Notes: generated by a model not told the origin, from the sequence alone. A stretch of 64,000 nt of DNA from an uncultured Gammaproteobacteria bacterium (GCA_964623645.1 CAZURG010000002.1:8041-72040); one strand, 5' to 3'; positions 7,726 to 15,289 are shown, counted from the first letter of the stretch. Translations and numbers: made by a program.

Positions 7726-9252
7726 ATGCCCAAAAAATCCACGAAGAAACCACGAGTAACTAGAACCTACGGGCCGATCCATTTTGAGGATCTCGACCCA
7801 CATCGTTTTGAAGACCTAGTTCGCGAGTTAATCTATGATTATAAGGATTGGCAATCTATCGAAGCTACAGGAAGAGGTGGAAACGATGATGGTTTTGACA
7901 TTCGCGCTTATGAGAAGCAAAAGGTAGACCAGTCACAGCGGGAAGAGGATGGTGAGCAAAATGAACTGCACCCTATGCTCGGAAACCAGTGGATGATTCA
8001 AGGAAAAAGAGAGAAGGTGATTGGACCAAAACGCGTCGAGGAAATCATCGCTGATGTAGATGCTGAGAATCCTCCATACGGTTATATACTGGCGGCGTCA
8101 GCAAATTTTTCCAAAGATTCTTATGACACCTTTCGAGAAGAGTTGCGCAAGAAAGGAGTGATGGAGTTTCACTTATGGGGTAGGGCTGAATTGGAAGATA
8201 TGCTCCATTTTCCAAAGAATGATCATATACTTTTCACGTTTTTTGGCATTTCATTAGTCAGTAGAAAGCGATCTAGAACAACTGAGATACGGCGAGTGGT
8301 GATTCAGAAGAATAAGCTGTACAAACTGTTGGGAGAGGGACGTGGCGAGTTTCATCAATCTGTTCTTCTCAGAGATTCAAACGATGTTAACTATCCGTAT
8401 GAAGACGAGTATGGCGACTTTGATACCTTCCCTCGTTGGCGTGAATATAAGGCAATTAAGAATCATACTGATGGTGTTATTTTCGCTATACGCAAGCATT
8501 ACGCCTATATAGATAAAGAAAAGAAGGAGTATGACTACACTGAGGTGGTAAACCTGATTTACAGGGAAAGCGATTCGCAGGATAAAAAACAAAAGCAACA
8601 GGAGGATCGCAGAAAAGTGGAAAGCTTCTGGGAGTATTTACCCCGCCACAGTCAAGCAACTTTTATTAGGAATGGTTTAGTTCAATATGACGAAATCCTA
8701 GTTATTGATGAGAAAGGGGATAATGCATATGAATTCCCACATCTATTTGTTGACTTTAATGGTAGGAATTACCCATTCGCTGGAAGCTACGAATACTTAG
8801 ATGTGCAAGAGGATCAGATTTCTCTTAAAGATTATAAGCGTATAAAAAAGTTCCCCGATTCTTTTTTAGAACCTAGTATAGGAACGATACACGAAGACAA
8901 AAATATTACTTTAAGTAACCAACATTTCAGCATGTTAAAGAACGATAATGAAGAGTTTTTCGCACTTTATGATTTGGACGGTAGGTATAGCTTCCTTCAG
9001 TCCACGGATTTGTTAAAAATTGAAAACCAGGATCAAGGAAGTAGCTCTAATTACTATCTCCGAATTACTCATGTAGAGAGAGTGAATTTAGGAAAGTATC
9101 TTGAAAAGTACCCAAATCTAGAGTGGGCAATCGAGCGTCAGATAGAGGGAGGTCTCGATCTCGAAAAAACTTTAAACATCTGTGAGTTTAAAAAAACCTA
9201 TAGCTTCGTTGTAGAGCAAGAGAAGAGTAAGCGGGATAAGAAGAAATCGTGA
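7726..9252 (+). CDS. Protein with an N-terminal Mrr-like (restriction endonuclease, PD-(D/E)xK) domain and a ~340-aa unknown C-terminal region
   Basis: 508 aa. FEDLVRELIYDY...ATGRGGNDDGFDIRAY...WMIQGKRE matches the Mrr_cat pattern FE-x-L...G-x-DGG-x-D-I...Q-x-K. The C-terminal part is unrecognised. Confidence 0.65.
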   Translation: MPKKSTKKPRVTRTYGPIHFEDLDPHRFEDLVRELIYDYKDWQSIEATGRGGNDDGFDIRAYEKQKVDQSQREEDGEQNELHPMLGNQWMIQGKREKVIGPKRVEEIIADVDAENPPYGYILAASANFSKDSYDTFREELRKKGVMEFHLWGRAELEDMLHFPKNDHILFTFFGISLVSRKRSRTTEIRRVVIQKNKLYKLLGEGRGEFHQSVLLRDSNDVNYPYEDEYGDFDTFPRWREYKAIKNHTDGVIFAIRKHYAYIDKEKKEYDYTEVVNLIYRESDSQDKKQKQQEDRRKVESFWEYLPRHSQATFIRNGLVQYDEILVIDEKGDNAYEFPHLFVDFNGRNYPFAGSYEYLDVQEDQISLKDYKRIKKFPDSFLEPSIGTIHEDKNITLSNQHFSMLKNDNEEFFALYDLDGRYSFLQSTDLLKIENQDQGSSSNYYLRITHVERVNLGKYLEKYPNLEWAIERQIEGGLDLEKTLNICEFKKTYSFVVEQEKSKRDKKKS

Positions 9253-9255
9253 ATT

Positions 9256-9813
9256 TCAAATCCTTAAGATTTTCGCCTCATTCCACGCCGTCCAAGGAGT
9301 CTCGCGATAGCGAGCCAGGTTCTCTTCCGATGGATTCAAGATAAAGCCAATCCCATCTCGATGCTCGCGTTGAACAAGGAAAGTCATGCCAGTCGTCCCT
9401 TCAACAACCATCCATCTTAGGACTGAGTTCTTTGGGGACTTCTCTCGCGTATACCCAATGAGCTTGGCGAGTTCATCGAAGTTATCGTGCTGTTGCCACC
9501 AGTCTCGTGAATACCCTTTGCTTACCCCTGCGTGAGAGGGGATGGATTCGTGTTCCTTCGGGTCTTCTTTGTGGTTTAGATATGCGAGAATGTCTGTTCG
9601 ACGGAAAAGAAGCTTTCCAGCTACGCGGTAAACGTTCACGGCATGTCGATCGATCATACGTCTCACAACCTTTTCCTCCACTTCCAGCGTTTGAGCTAGT
9701 TCTGGAGTATCGAGGAATTCGACATCCTCTTGTAAGAGGAGTGAGTCAGGTTTCTTAAATACGGCTGGATCGATGCCAAATGCGTCAGGAGTGTTGGGTT
9801 TGAATAGCGGCAT
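9256..9813 (-). CDS. Excisionase/MerR-type HTH (HTH_17-like) protein with an unknown C-terminal domain
   Basis: 185 aa. LDTPELAQTLEVEEKVVRRMIDRHAVNVYRVAGKLLFRRTDILAYL is an HTH_17-like segment. Its start lies 1 nt after the stop of the upstream 87-aa gene. Confidence 0.55.
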   Translation of the reverse strand: MPLFKPNTPDAFGIDPAVFKKPDSLLLQEDVEFLDTPELAQTLEVEEKVVRRMIDRHAVNVYRVAGKLLFRRTDILAYLNHKEDPKEHESIPSHAGVSKGYSRDWWQQHDNFDELAKLIGYTREKSPKNSVLRWMVVEGTTGMTFLVQREHRDGIGFILNPSEENLARYRETPWTAWNEAKILRI

Positions 9814-9814
9814 A

Positions 9815-10078
9815 TTATTGATTCCAGCGAGGAGTCATTCCACGTTCAACTAAGGCAATGACTTCATCGTACTTAAAAAGACGTTTTCGGAGCACTCGAT
9901 AACAAGCGATCTGTCCAGAATCGGCAAGGCGATAAACGCTGGCGGTGGAGATTCTTAAAAGTTTACCGACTTCCTTAACCGTCATGAGGCGAAGATCGGG
10001 CTTTGGGGTGTTTGATGGCGTTGGATTCTTCGTTGATCCACTACCATTGGATCTTGTGTTTGTAGAACGAAAGGCCAT
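9815..10078 (-). CDS. Excisionase-family DNA-binding protein (HTH_17)
   Basis: 87 aa. LMTVKEVGKLLRISTASVYRLADSGQIACYRVLRKRLFKYDEVIALVE is a classic AlpA/Xis-type HTH. Confidence 0.7.
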   Translation of the reverse strand: MAFRSTNTRSNGSGSTKNPTPSNTPKPDLRLMTVKEVGKLLRISTASVYRLADSGQIACYRVLRKRLFKYDEVIALVERGMTPRWNQ

Positions 10079-10144
10079 AGGACGTTCTGTAAGGGGAGTT
10101 AGAAGAGTTCAATTACTAGTCTATACCTAAGTCTTAAAACGCCA

Positions 10145-10166
10145 AACGCCGCACGGATGCGGCGTT
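10145..10166 (-). terminator. GC-rich 9-bp hairpin with a tetraloop (aacgccgca-cgga-tgcggcgtt)
   Basis: Perfect stem. On the minus strand it is followed by tggcgttttaag. It sits in a short GC-rich patch (10141-10205) inside an AT-rich spacer. Confidence 0.35.
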
Positions 10167-10476
10167 CAGGCGACTCCTTTACCCAGCCTCATCGGCGACG
10201 CACCTTCACATATTAATGAGAATTAATAAGCAAGATCGCAAAAAGGAGTATTTAAAATTTTACAGCTTATTCCAGTGAACGCAAGACGTTCCACGTTTTC
10301 TTTAGAATGAATTCGGCTCAGTTATGGTAAGTCACGGTCACTGATCCTAACGATCATTTTTTTGTAATGTATCAGCTTGCTTTTTAGAAGCTCTTAGAGT
10401 CATATAGTGCTGATATAGTCTTAAATACGCTTTGAAAAAGCCGCCATTCGCTGAATCTAAAACGTCATGTTTCTCT

Positions 10477-12258
10477 ATGCCTAAAGATAAACAAAAGAAG
10501 AGTAATATCGCGATTTGGCGAATCGACACGAACCTTGAGGTTTGTTTGAATAAGAGCACTGATGAAATCATTCAAATGATCCAGCGGGTTTATACGAAAC
10601 GAGACTTGACCCCGCTGCCGTTCAATGGGACCTCCTATGAAGGGAAGAACGTGAAGGGTTTTCAAGCTGCTAGGTATTCAGATGGTCTTCAAGTCTTTTT
10701 AGCGCCCTTGTTACGCTCTGGCTTGTCTGATGAAGATAAGAATAGACTTTTTTCAAGTGTTAACAAAGACATCGTGCTGTTTATTTACGATGAAAGCGAC
10801 ATTTTTGCTGTGACGAGTGGAACGGGATATTCAATCATTCAGAACTACTTAGACGAACGCTTCCCATTCGAGATTGCAAAAAGGATGTTGAAGGGCGACT
10901 TTAAGAGTGCAGAGATGCGCGGTCTTACTGGCTTGGTATATGCGCAATCAAGGAACTTTCGACGAGATTACAATTTTTCTCGTAAGGAAGCCTTCGGTAA
11001 GGTATGGAAAAAGCTAACAGGAAGTATCGATCCGGCTGTACTAGAGGGTAGTGCATTCATTCGTGATTTTTTATCCGACGACAGTGGAAAAAAGATTAAT
11101 GCAGACGTAAAGTCGTCTTTCACTTTTCGTAAGACAATCAATCTTAAACAGGTTTTTTCCGCTGTGAAAGAGCTGCAGAGCCTACTTTCTAAAGATCTGA
11201 CGACGGATCAGGCTAATGCTTTTATCTTTCTAGATACCCTCAAAGAGGTCACTAAGCAGGAAACGAAGGAAGTCTTGAAAGAGGCGCTAGTTACGGAGCT
11301 GTATAGCTTTGTGAGTTCTTCCGATAGCCAAGAGTGCGATTATGACTTCTGCCATCCAAAAGAGATGACCAAATTCCTCTACGGAACAGACTATAAAATA
11401 TCCCGAGATCTTACGTGGGAGGATGCGCCATCTTCAGCAGAAGTTCTGATGAAGATTCGTAATTCAGATAAGATAGATAAAAGCAGTCTAGAGAACTTCA
11501 AGGAAGCATTCTTTGGTTTGTCCATGAGCTTTCTGGAGGAGGATGAAGGATTGATGCATAGTGACGATCTTTGGAAATACTTTCATGGTGAAGTTGAGCA
11601 AGGGGATAAGAAGTATTTCCTAATCGACGGAAAGTTCTACGAGGTGATTGGTGAGTTCTTAAAGACCCTCGGAACGGATTTTGAGGACTGCGTCTTCGGA
11701 GATGACTCTATTTTGACTAGCGCCATTCCACTGAACAAATGGGATCCTGCGGAAGATGAGTCGGACTATAATGAAAGGCAAGGGAAGGTAGATCTTTTCT
11801 ACTTTGGCGACAAGGTGTTCTTAAAGAAAGGGACAAAAGGGAAGATCGAGCTTTTTGATCTTCTGTACGTGCAAGATGGAAAGGCCTACATCATCCAGGT
11901 AAAAGACGGTTTCGGGGCTTCTATTCGAGATGCTTGCTCACAGATTCAAATGGCAGCCGAGATTATCGAGCACGATCTTCAAGTCGTGAATAACCCAGAG
12001 TTGAGTCGATACTTTGTAGAGTTTAGTAAGCTAAACCATGGTCTAGATCGGAAGCAATTTTTAGAGCTTCTTAGGTTAGAGCGCCACTACGTGCTTGCAT
12101 CTGCTACAAGACAGGAATTTACTAAAGAAGCCTTTAAGAAAGGGATGTTTAAGTCTGAAATAGCAAAATTCGAAGTTTTAGGAGTGGCTCATGAATTCAA
12201 AGCTAATGACTACAAGTTCCATCTTGCCCGTATTGAGCGCGTTAGTGGTCGAGTATAG
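10477..12258 (+). CDS. DUF6119/TIGR04141-like 'sporadically distributed' protein with a C-terminal PD-(D/E)xK-like motif
   Basis: The track ORF starts at TTG 10432. The first ATG is at 10477 (MPKDKQKKSNIAIWRI). IVLFIYDESDIFAVTSGTGYSIIQNYLDERFPFEIAKRML...RGLTGLVYAQSRNFRRDYNFS follows the family pattern as I remember it. ELFDLLYVQDGKAYIIQVKDG (11857-11904) gives D...Q-x-K. Confidence 0.55.
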   Translation: MPKDKQKKSNIAIWRIDTNLEVCLNKSTDEIIQMIQRVYTKRDLTPLPFNGTSYEGKNVKGFQAARYSDGLQVFLAPLLRSGLSDEDKNRLFSSVNKDIVLFIYDESDIFAVTSGTGYSIIQNYLDERFPFEIAKRMLKGDFKSAEMRGLTGLVYAQSRNFRRDYNFSRKEAFGKVWKKLTGSIDPAVLEGSAFIRDFLSDDSGKKINADVKSSFTFRKTINLKQVFSAVKELQSLLSKDLTTDQANAFIFLDTLKEVTKQETKEVLKEALVTELYSFVSSSDSQECDYDFCHPKEMTKFLYGTDYKISRDLTWEDAPSSAEVLMKIRNSDKIDKSSLENFKEAFFGLSMSFLEEDEGLMHSDDLWKYFHGEVEQGDKKYFLIDGKFYEVIGEFLKTLGTDFEDCVFGDDSILTSAIPLNKWDPAEDESDYNERQGKVDLFYFGDKVFLKKGTKGKIELFDLLYVQDGKAYIIQVKDGFGASIRDACSQIQMAAEIIEHDLQVVNNPELSRYFVEFSKLNHGLDRKQFLELLRLERHYVLASATRQEFTKEAFKKGMFKSEIAKFEVLGVAHEFKANDYKFHLARIERVSGRV

Positions 12259-12309
12259 ACTTCCGCTAATATTTAGTAAGAGTAAGATTGATTAAATTGT
12301 GAAAATGCT

Positions 12310-12819
12310 ATGGAACAAGCAGAGTTATTGGGTAAAGTAAAATCAGCTGTAAAAAAGTTGATCGTAGATGATGCTCACTTACTGACATATAGCGTTTCCG
12401 AGAGGAGTATTTGTCACCAATTAGCGATATATCTCGCCGCGGAGTTTGCGGGGTATTCGGTTGATTGTGAATACAATCGGCACGAAGATGTTTCAAAAAG
12501 ATTAAGCTTCAAATTAGACGATTCGCAGACACCTCGTGATCCAGATGACCATGGAGTTTGTGTTTCACCAGACATAATTATTCATGAAAGAGGTACTGAC
12601 GCGCGTAACCTGCTCGTCATTGAGCTAAAGAAAGATAGTAACCCTTTAAGGAAGGGCGACTACGATCTTAAGAAAATCCGAGCGTATGTAGATGAGATAG
12701 GTTATGATTTTGGTCTGTTTATCGAGCTTGGCACTGGTGAGAATATAGGTATGAAAGATGCTGAGTTAGCGACTAAAGAATCCGATAAGCTGGTTAACGT
12801 ACTCTCGATCTTGTCATAG
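12310..12819 (+). CDS. Small PD-(D/E)xK nuclease-fold protein
   Basis: 169 aa. It starts 51 nt after the DUF6119-like gene with no hairpin between them. Motifs: SERSICHQLAIYL...DCEYNR...SPDIIIHERGTDARNLLVIELKK (D...E-x-K). Confidence 0.55.
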   Translation: MEQAELLGKVKSAVKKLIVDDAHLLTYSVSERSICHQLAIYLAAEFAGYSVDCEYNRHEDVSKRLSFKLDDSQTPRDPDDHGVCVSPDIIIHERGTDARNLLVIELKKDSNPLRKGDYDLKKIRAYVDEIGYDFGLFIELGTGENIGMKDAELATKESDKLVNVLSILS

Positions 12820-12831
12820 CTCATAAGTTGT

Positions 12832-13350
12832 TTAGTTTGCGACTTGTCCGATTCCGGGATTTTCTGATTTAAGAAACACATATTCATACGGCTTTCCTTC
12901 CTTATTCAGAATAATACGCGCTTTAAGCTCACCTTTTCGTACCATTTTCCTCACGGTAGCCGAATGTAGTTTGAACTTGCTCTCAAGTTCCCACATGAGC
13001 CATCTGCTATCGCGATCCGTGAAGACTTCGGGGGGAACGATCCCTTCATCTAGCGCCCTTTGACAATCTAGACATTTTTGCCCGTATTTATCGTACCAGC
13101 TCGAGTCTCCACTGATGGTCACGTGACAAAGAATGCAGCTATACGTCCCATCTGTTAGATGGAATCCATTCGGGTGCTCTTTAAGCATCTCTTCACGCCT
13201 GGTCTCTCTTTGAGAGATTTTAAGCAGAAGTCCGAAGAATCCAATAAGGGGGATGGCCTCTGCTTTGGCTCTATCGTCGCTGATTTCCTCTCCAAACGAC
13301 TCTTTCCAGACTTCCTTGAACTCATCGATTGCTTTTTGGGGTAATTGCAT
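12832..13350 (-). CDS. Zinc-ribbon plus HTH_17-like DNA-binding protein
   Basis: 172 aa. CILCH...CLDCQ (CxxC...CxxC), then WLMWELESKFKLHSATVRKMVRKGELKARIIL (HTH). It is convergent with the 12310-12819 gene and divergent from the nucleotidyltransferase cassette. Confidence 0.55.
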   Translation of the reverse strand: MQLPQKAIDEFKEVWKESFGEEISDDRAKAEAIPLIGFFGLLLKISQRETRREEMLKEHPNGFHLTDGTYSCILCHVTISGDSSWYDKYGQKCLDCQRALDEGIVPPEVFTDRDSRWLMWELESKFKLHSATVRKMVRKGELKARIILNKEGKPYEYVFLKSENPGIGQVAN

Positions 13351-13429
13351 ATAATGCTAGATTATTTCTCTAATTGCCCTGGTTACAACCCCTCCAAACA
13401 CCCCGGCAAAACTCTTTGGAATCGTGTAC

Positions 13430-13530
13430 GATTTGTCCGATTTCCAGCATGACCCACATGCCTCAAAACCCCTCCCGAAAGTCCCTCAAGCTCCTTGCAA
13501 AGCCGAGTTCTGTACCCGCCCGTCGAGCCA
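13430..13530 (+). repeat. Direct repeat copy 1 (~100 nt) upstream of the nucleotidyltransferase gene
   Basis: It starts with gatttgtccgatttc and ends with cgtcgagcca. It aligns along its length with 14443-14540, roughly two-thirds to three-quarters identical by eye. Shared blocks: gatttgtccgatttc, acccacat, aaag-ccct, gtcgagcca. Confidence 0.7.
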
Positions 13531-13535
13531 TGAGC

Positions 13536-13597
13536 GACAGTGTCTGGCGACCCAGACACTGTCAGTCAAAAAAGCACCACAAACGTGGTGCTTTTTT
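13536..13597 (+). terminator. Tandem hairpins, the second a bidirectional rho-independent terminator
   Basis: gacagtgtctgg-cgac-ccagacactgtc (12-bp stem, 13536-13563), then aaaaaa-gcaccac-aaac-gtggtgc-tttttt (13568-13597). Confidence 0.65.
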
Positions 13598-13641
13598 GTT
13601 GTTTGGCATTGGGCTGGTCAAGAGCTATATTATCGGTTGAT

Positions 13642-14427
13642 ATGTCTCAAATTGATCTACGATCGGTCCTTGATCATCTCTCGCATTCACCAAAAGTAAA
13701 AGCCATTTTCACAACAGGCACAACCGCTTCTGGATTAGGGCCATCGAGCGATATCGATCTTGTAGTTATCTTAGAAAAAAATGATGCAGGTATAAAGTCA
13801 GCCTACGCAATGATCGAAAACCGTTTCGCTGACATCTTTTTCTTTGATTTGGATTTTGTGAAAAAGGTGGCGCAGTTAGAGAAAATCTCTGCTAATGGTT
13901 TTGAAGGCATATTTATAACATGGCTAGCGAAAGGAAGGATCGAAAAAGATGAAAACGGACTTTTGTCAGAACTAAAAGCGAAATCAGAATCCAAGTCGCA
14001 CGCGCTTAGTATCTCTTTGGAAGAAAAACAAGATAATTGGTTCAAAATAAATTATAACTTCATCGCCAATCAGCGGTATTTTCATTCTAAGGATAACTTG
14101 TATCACACCGCTTTGGAAATCAGGCTTCTTTATAGTGTCAGTGAATTGATTGTGGCGTATTTTTCTCTGCGAGGTATTCCATGGAGAGGGGAAAAAGAAG
14201 CTGTAAAGTATCTCGAATCGAATGATGCGGAAGCGCTCAAGGTTTTCATTGATTATACAAAGAGTCAATCGCTTGCAGATAGATTCCGTTCATACCAAGC
14301 GCTCTTCAAGGTGGTATTGTATGGTGATTTTCAAGTATGGGATAAAGATTTCATGGTCGTGAAAGATGTGAAGAATCAAATCAATGAGACATCGGCTAGC
14401 TATATACAAGAGCTGATTGGGAAATAG
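13642..14427 (+). CDS. Pol-beta-superfamily nucleotidyltransferase with a helical C-terminal domain (KNTase/ANT-like architecture)
   Basis: The track ORF is 13540-14427. The upstream part runs through the terminators, so I use the ATG at 13642 (MSQIDLRSV). TTGTTASGLGPSSDIDLVVIL is the G-S...D-x-D NTase signature. Confidence 0.7.
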   Translation: MSQIDLRSVLDHLSHSPKVKAIFTTGTTASGLGPSSDIDLVVILEKNDAGIKSAYAMIENRFADIFFFDLDFVKKVAQLEKISANGFEGIFITWLAKGRIEKDENGLLSELKAKSESKSHALSISLEEKQDNWFKINYNFIANQRYFHSKDNLYHTALEIRLLYSVSELIVAYFSLRGIPWRGEKEAVKYLESNDAEALKVFIDYTKSQSLADRFRSYQALFKVVLYGDFQVWDKDFMVVKDVKNQINETSASYIQELIGK

Positions 14428-14442
14428 GGTTAAGCGGTATGT

Positions 14443-14540
14443 GATTTGTCCGATTTCTCACATAACCCACATCCGTTAAAAAACTTCTTTAAAGCCCTAA
14501 GAAGCCCTTAATAAACGAGCTCTTATCAGCCGTCGAGCCA
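14443..14540 (+). repeat. Direct repeat copy 2, immediately downstream of the nucleotidyltransferase stop
   Basis: See copy 1. It begins 16 nt after the TAG at 14425-14427 and runs straight into the terminator at 14541. Confidence 0.7.
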
Positions 14541-14598
14541 AAAAATCTCCGCTAGAAATAGCGGAGATTTTTTAATGCCCTAAATGGGTTTCGGAATG
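14541..14598 (+). terminator. Bidirectional terminator plus conserved 3' motif (copy A of a second repeat family)
   Basis: aaaaatctccgc-tagaaata-gcggagatttttt, then aatgccctaaatgggtttcggaatg. Compare 16688-16747. Confidence 0.6.
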
Positions 14599-14840
14599 AT
14601 ATAATGGTTTACAATATATTTTATGGGCATGATCTCTATTCTAGCAGAGGAGATGCTAGTCTAGGGCCTAAAAATCTTCCTCTAATTCTTCGAGTGGGGT
14701 TTTAGTGGCAAATCAGAAAGTTTTCGTAGTTCACATGCCAGCTTTTTATCCTCGGCAAGGGAGTTCTGAAGTAGGGAATTTAACAACTCGCAACACCATT
14801 TCTTTTACGCTCTCCGAAATGTAACCTTGGGTTTAGTGGT

Positions 14841-15258
14841 ATGAAATTTGAACAAGCGCAACCCCAAGAAACAAAAAGAGATCTTACGGCTTTGCTGCGC
14901 TCCGCTGATGAGGAGCGGCGAATCCGCAAAGAAATAAAGACATGGCCCGTTTACACGCTCGAAGCCCGTGATGGCGAAAGGGGTATTTTTATTCACGGAG
15001 ACAGGCACGCATACGATCTTGCTAGCGTACAACAGATGAAGGCGGAATTTGAGCAAAGACGTCCGGACATTGTTTTGGTTGAGCATACGTACCCATGGAA
15101 AGACATTTTCAAAGATCAAGATCCTATTTGGCGGTGTTAGCGCGTCTCCAAACGTGTGTGTTCAAGACGCAAAGCTCTGTCCCGATGGCTCGGCGGTCGG
15201 CCGTACGGGTCCCAACTGTGAATTTGGGGCATGCCCTTCGCGAGCGTTGGTCCAATAA
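14841..15258 (+). pseudogene. Two abutting out-of-frame ORF fragments, likely decayed genes
   Basis: The 99-aa ORF (14841-15140) contains IFIHGDRHAYDLASVQQMKAEFEQRRPDIVLVEH, which resembles only the N-terminal motif of TraB/GumN-type proteins, and it stops early. In another frame (15157-15258), CVQDAKLCPDGSAVGRTGPNCEFGACPS looks like a Cys-rich module normally preceded by a signal anchor, but here it lacks one. Confidence 0.35.
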
Positions 15259-15289
15259 CGCCAGTTTTTCATGCCAGAGCGGCAACGGC

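Larger units (their letters stand above)
1..14600. mobile_element. AT-rich mosaic genomic island rich in nuclease, NTPase, methyltransferase and HTH genes (defence-island-like). The left end lies outside the window and the right end is approximate
   Basis: By eye the first ~14.6 kb is much AT-richer than the 16.8-64 kb backbone, with an intermediate-GC segment at ~1.9-6.1 kb. Gene content is listed below. No integrase or transposase is visible inside the window. Confidence 0.5.

Noticed and set aside
10347-10571. 74-aa minus-strand ORF in the DUF6119 upstream region
   Set aside because: It overlaps the 5' end of the much better supported + strand gene. It is hydrophobic and low-complexity with no ribosome-binding context.
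13374-13699. 88-aa and 91-aa + strand ORFs covering repeat copy 1 and the terminators
   Set aside because: The reading frames pass through two strong hairpin terminators. The homologous copy 2 has early stops in the corresponding frame. Differences between the copies are not third-position biased, so the element is more likely non-coding.
13430-14540. Possibility that the two ~100-nt repeats are a DGR template/variable repeat pair
   Set aside because: Mismatches between the copies are not adenine-specific, neither copy lies inside a target gene's C-terminus, and no reverse transcriptase is present in the window.
14841-15140. Annotating the 99-aa ORF as a functional TraB/GumN protein
   Set aside because: Only the first motif region is present, and full-length family members are several-fold longer as I recall. 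It is reported as a probable remnant instead.
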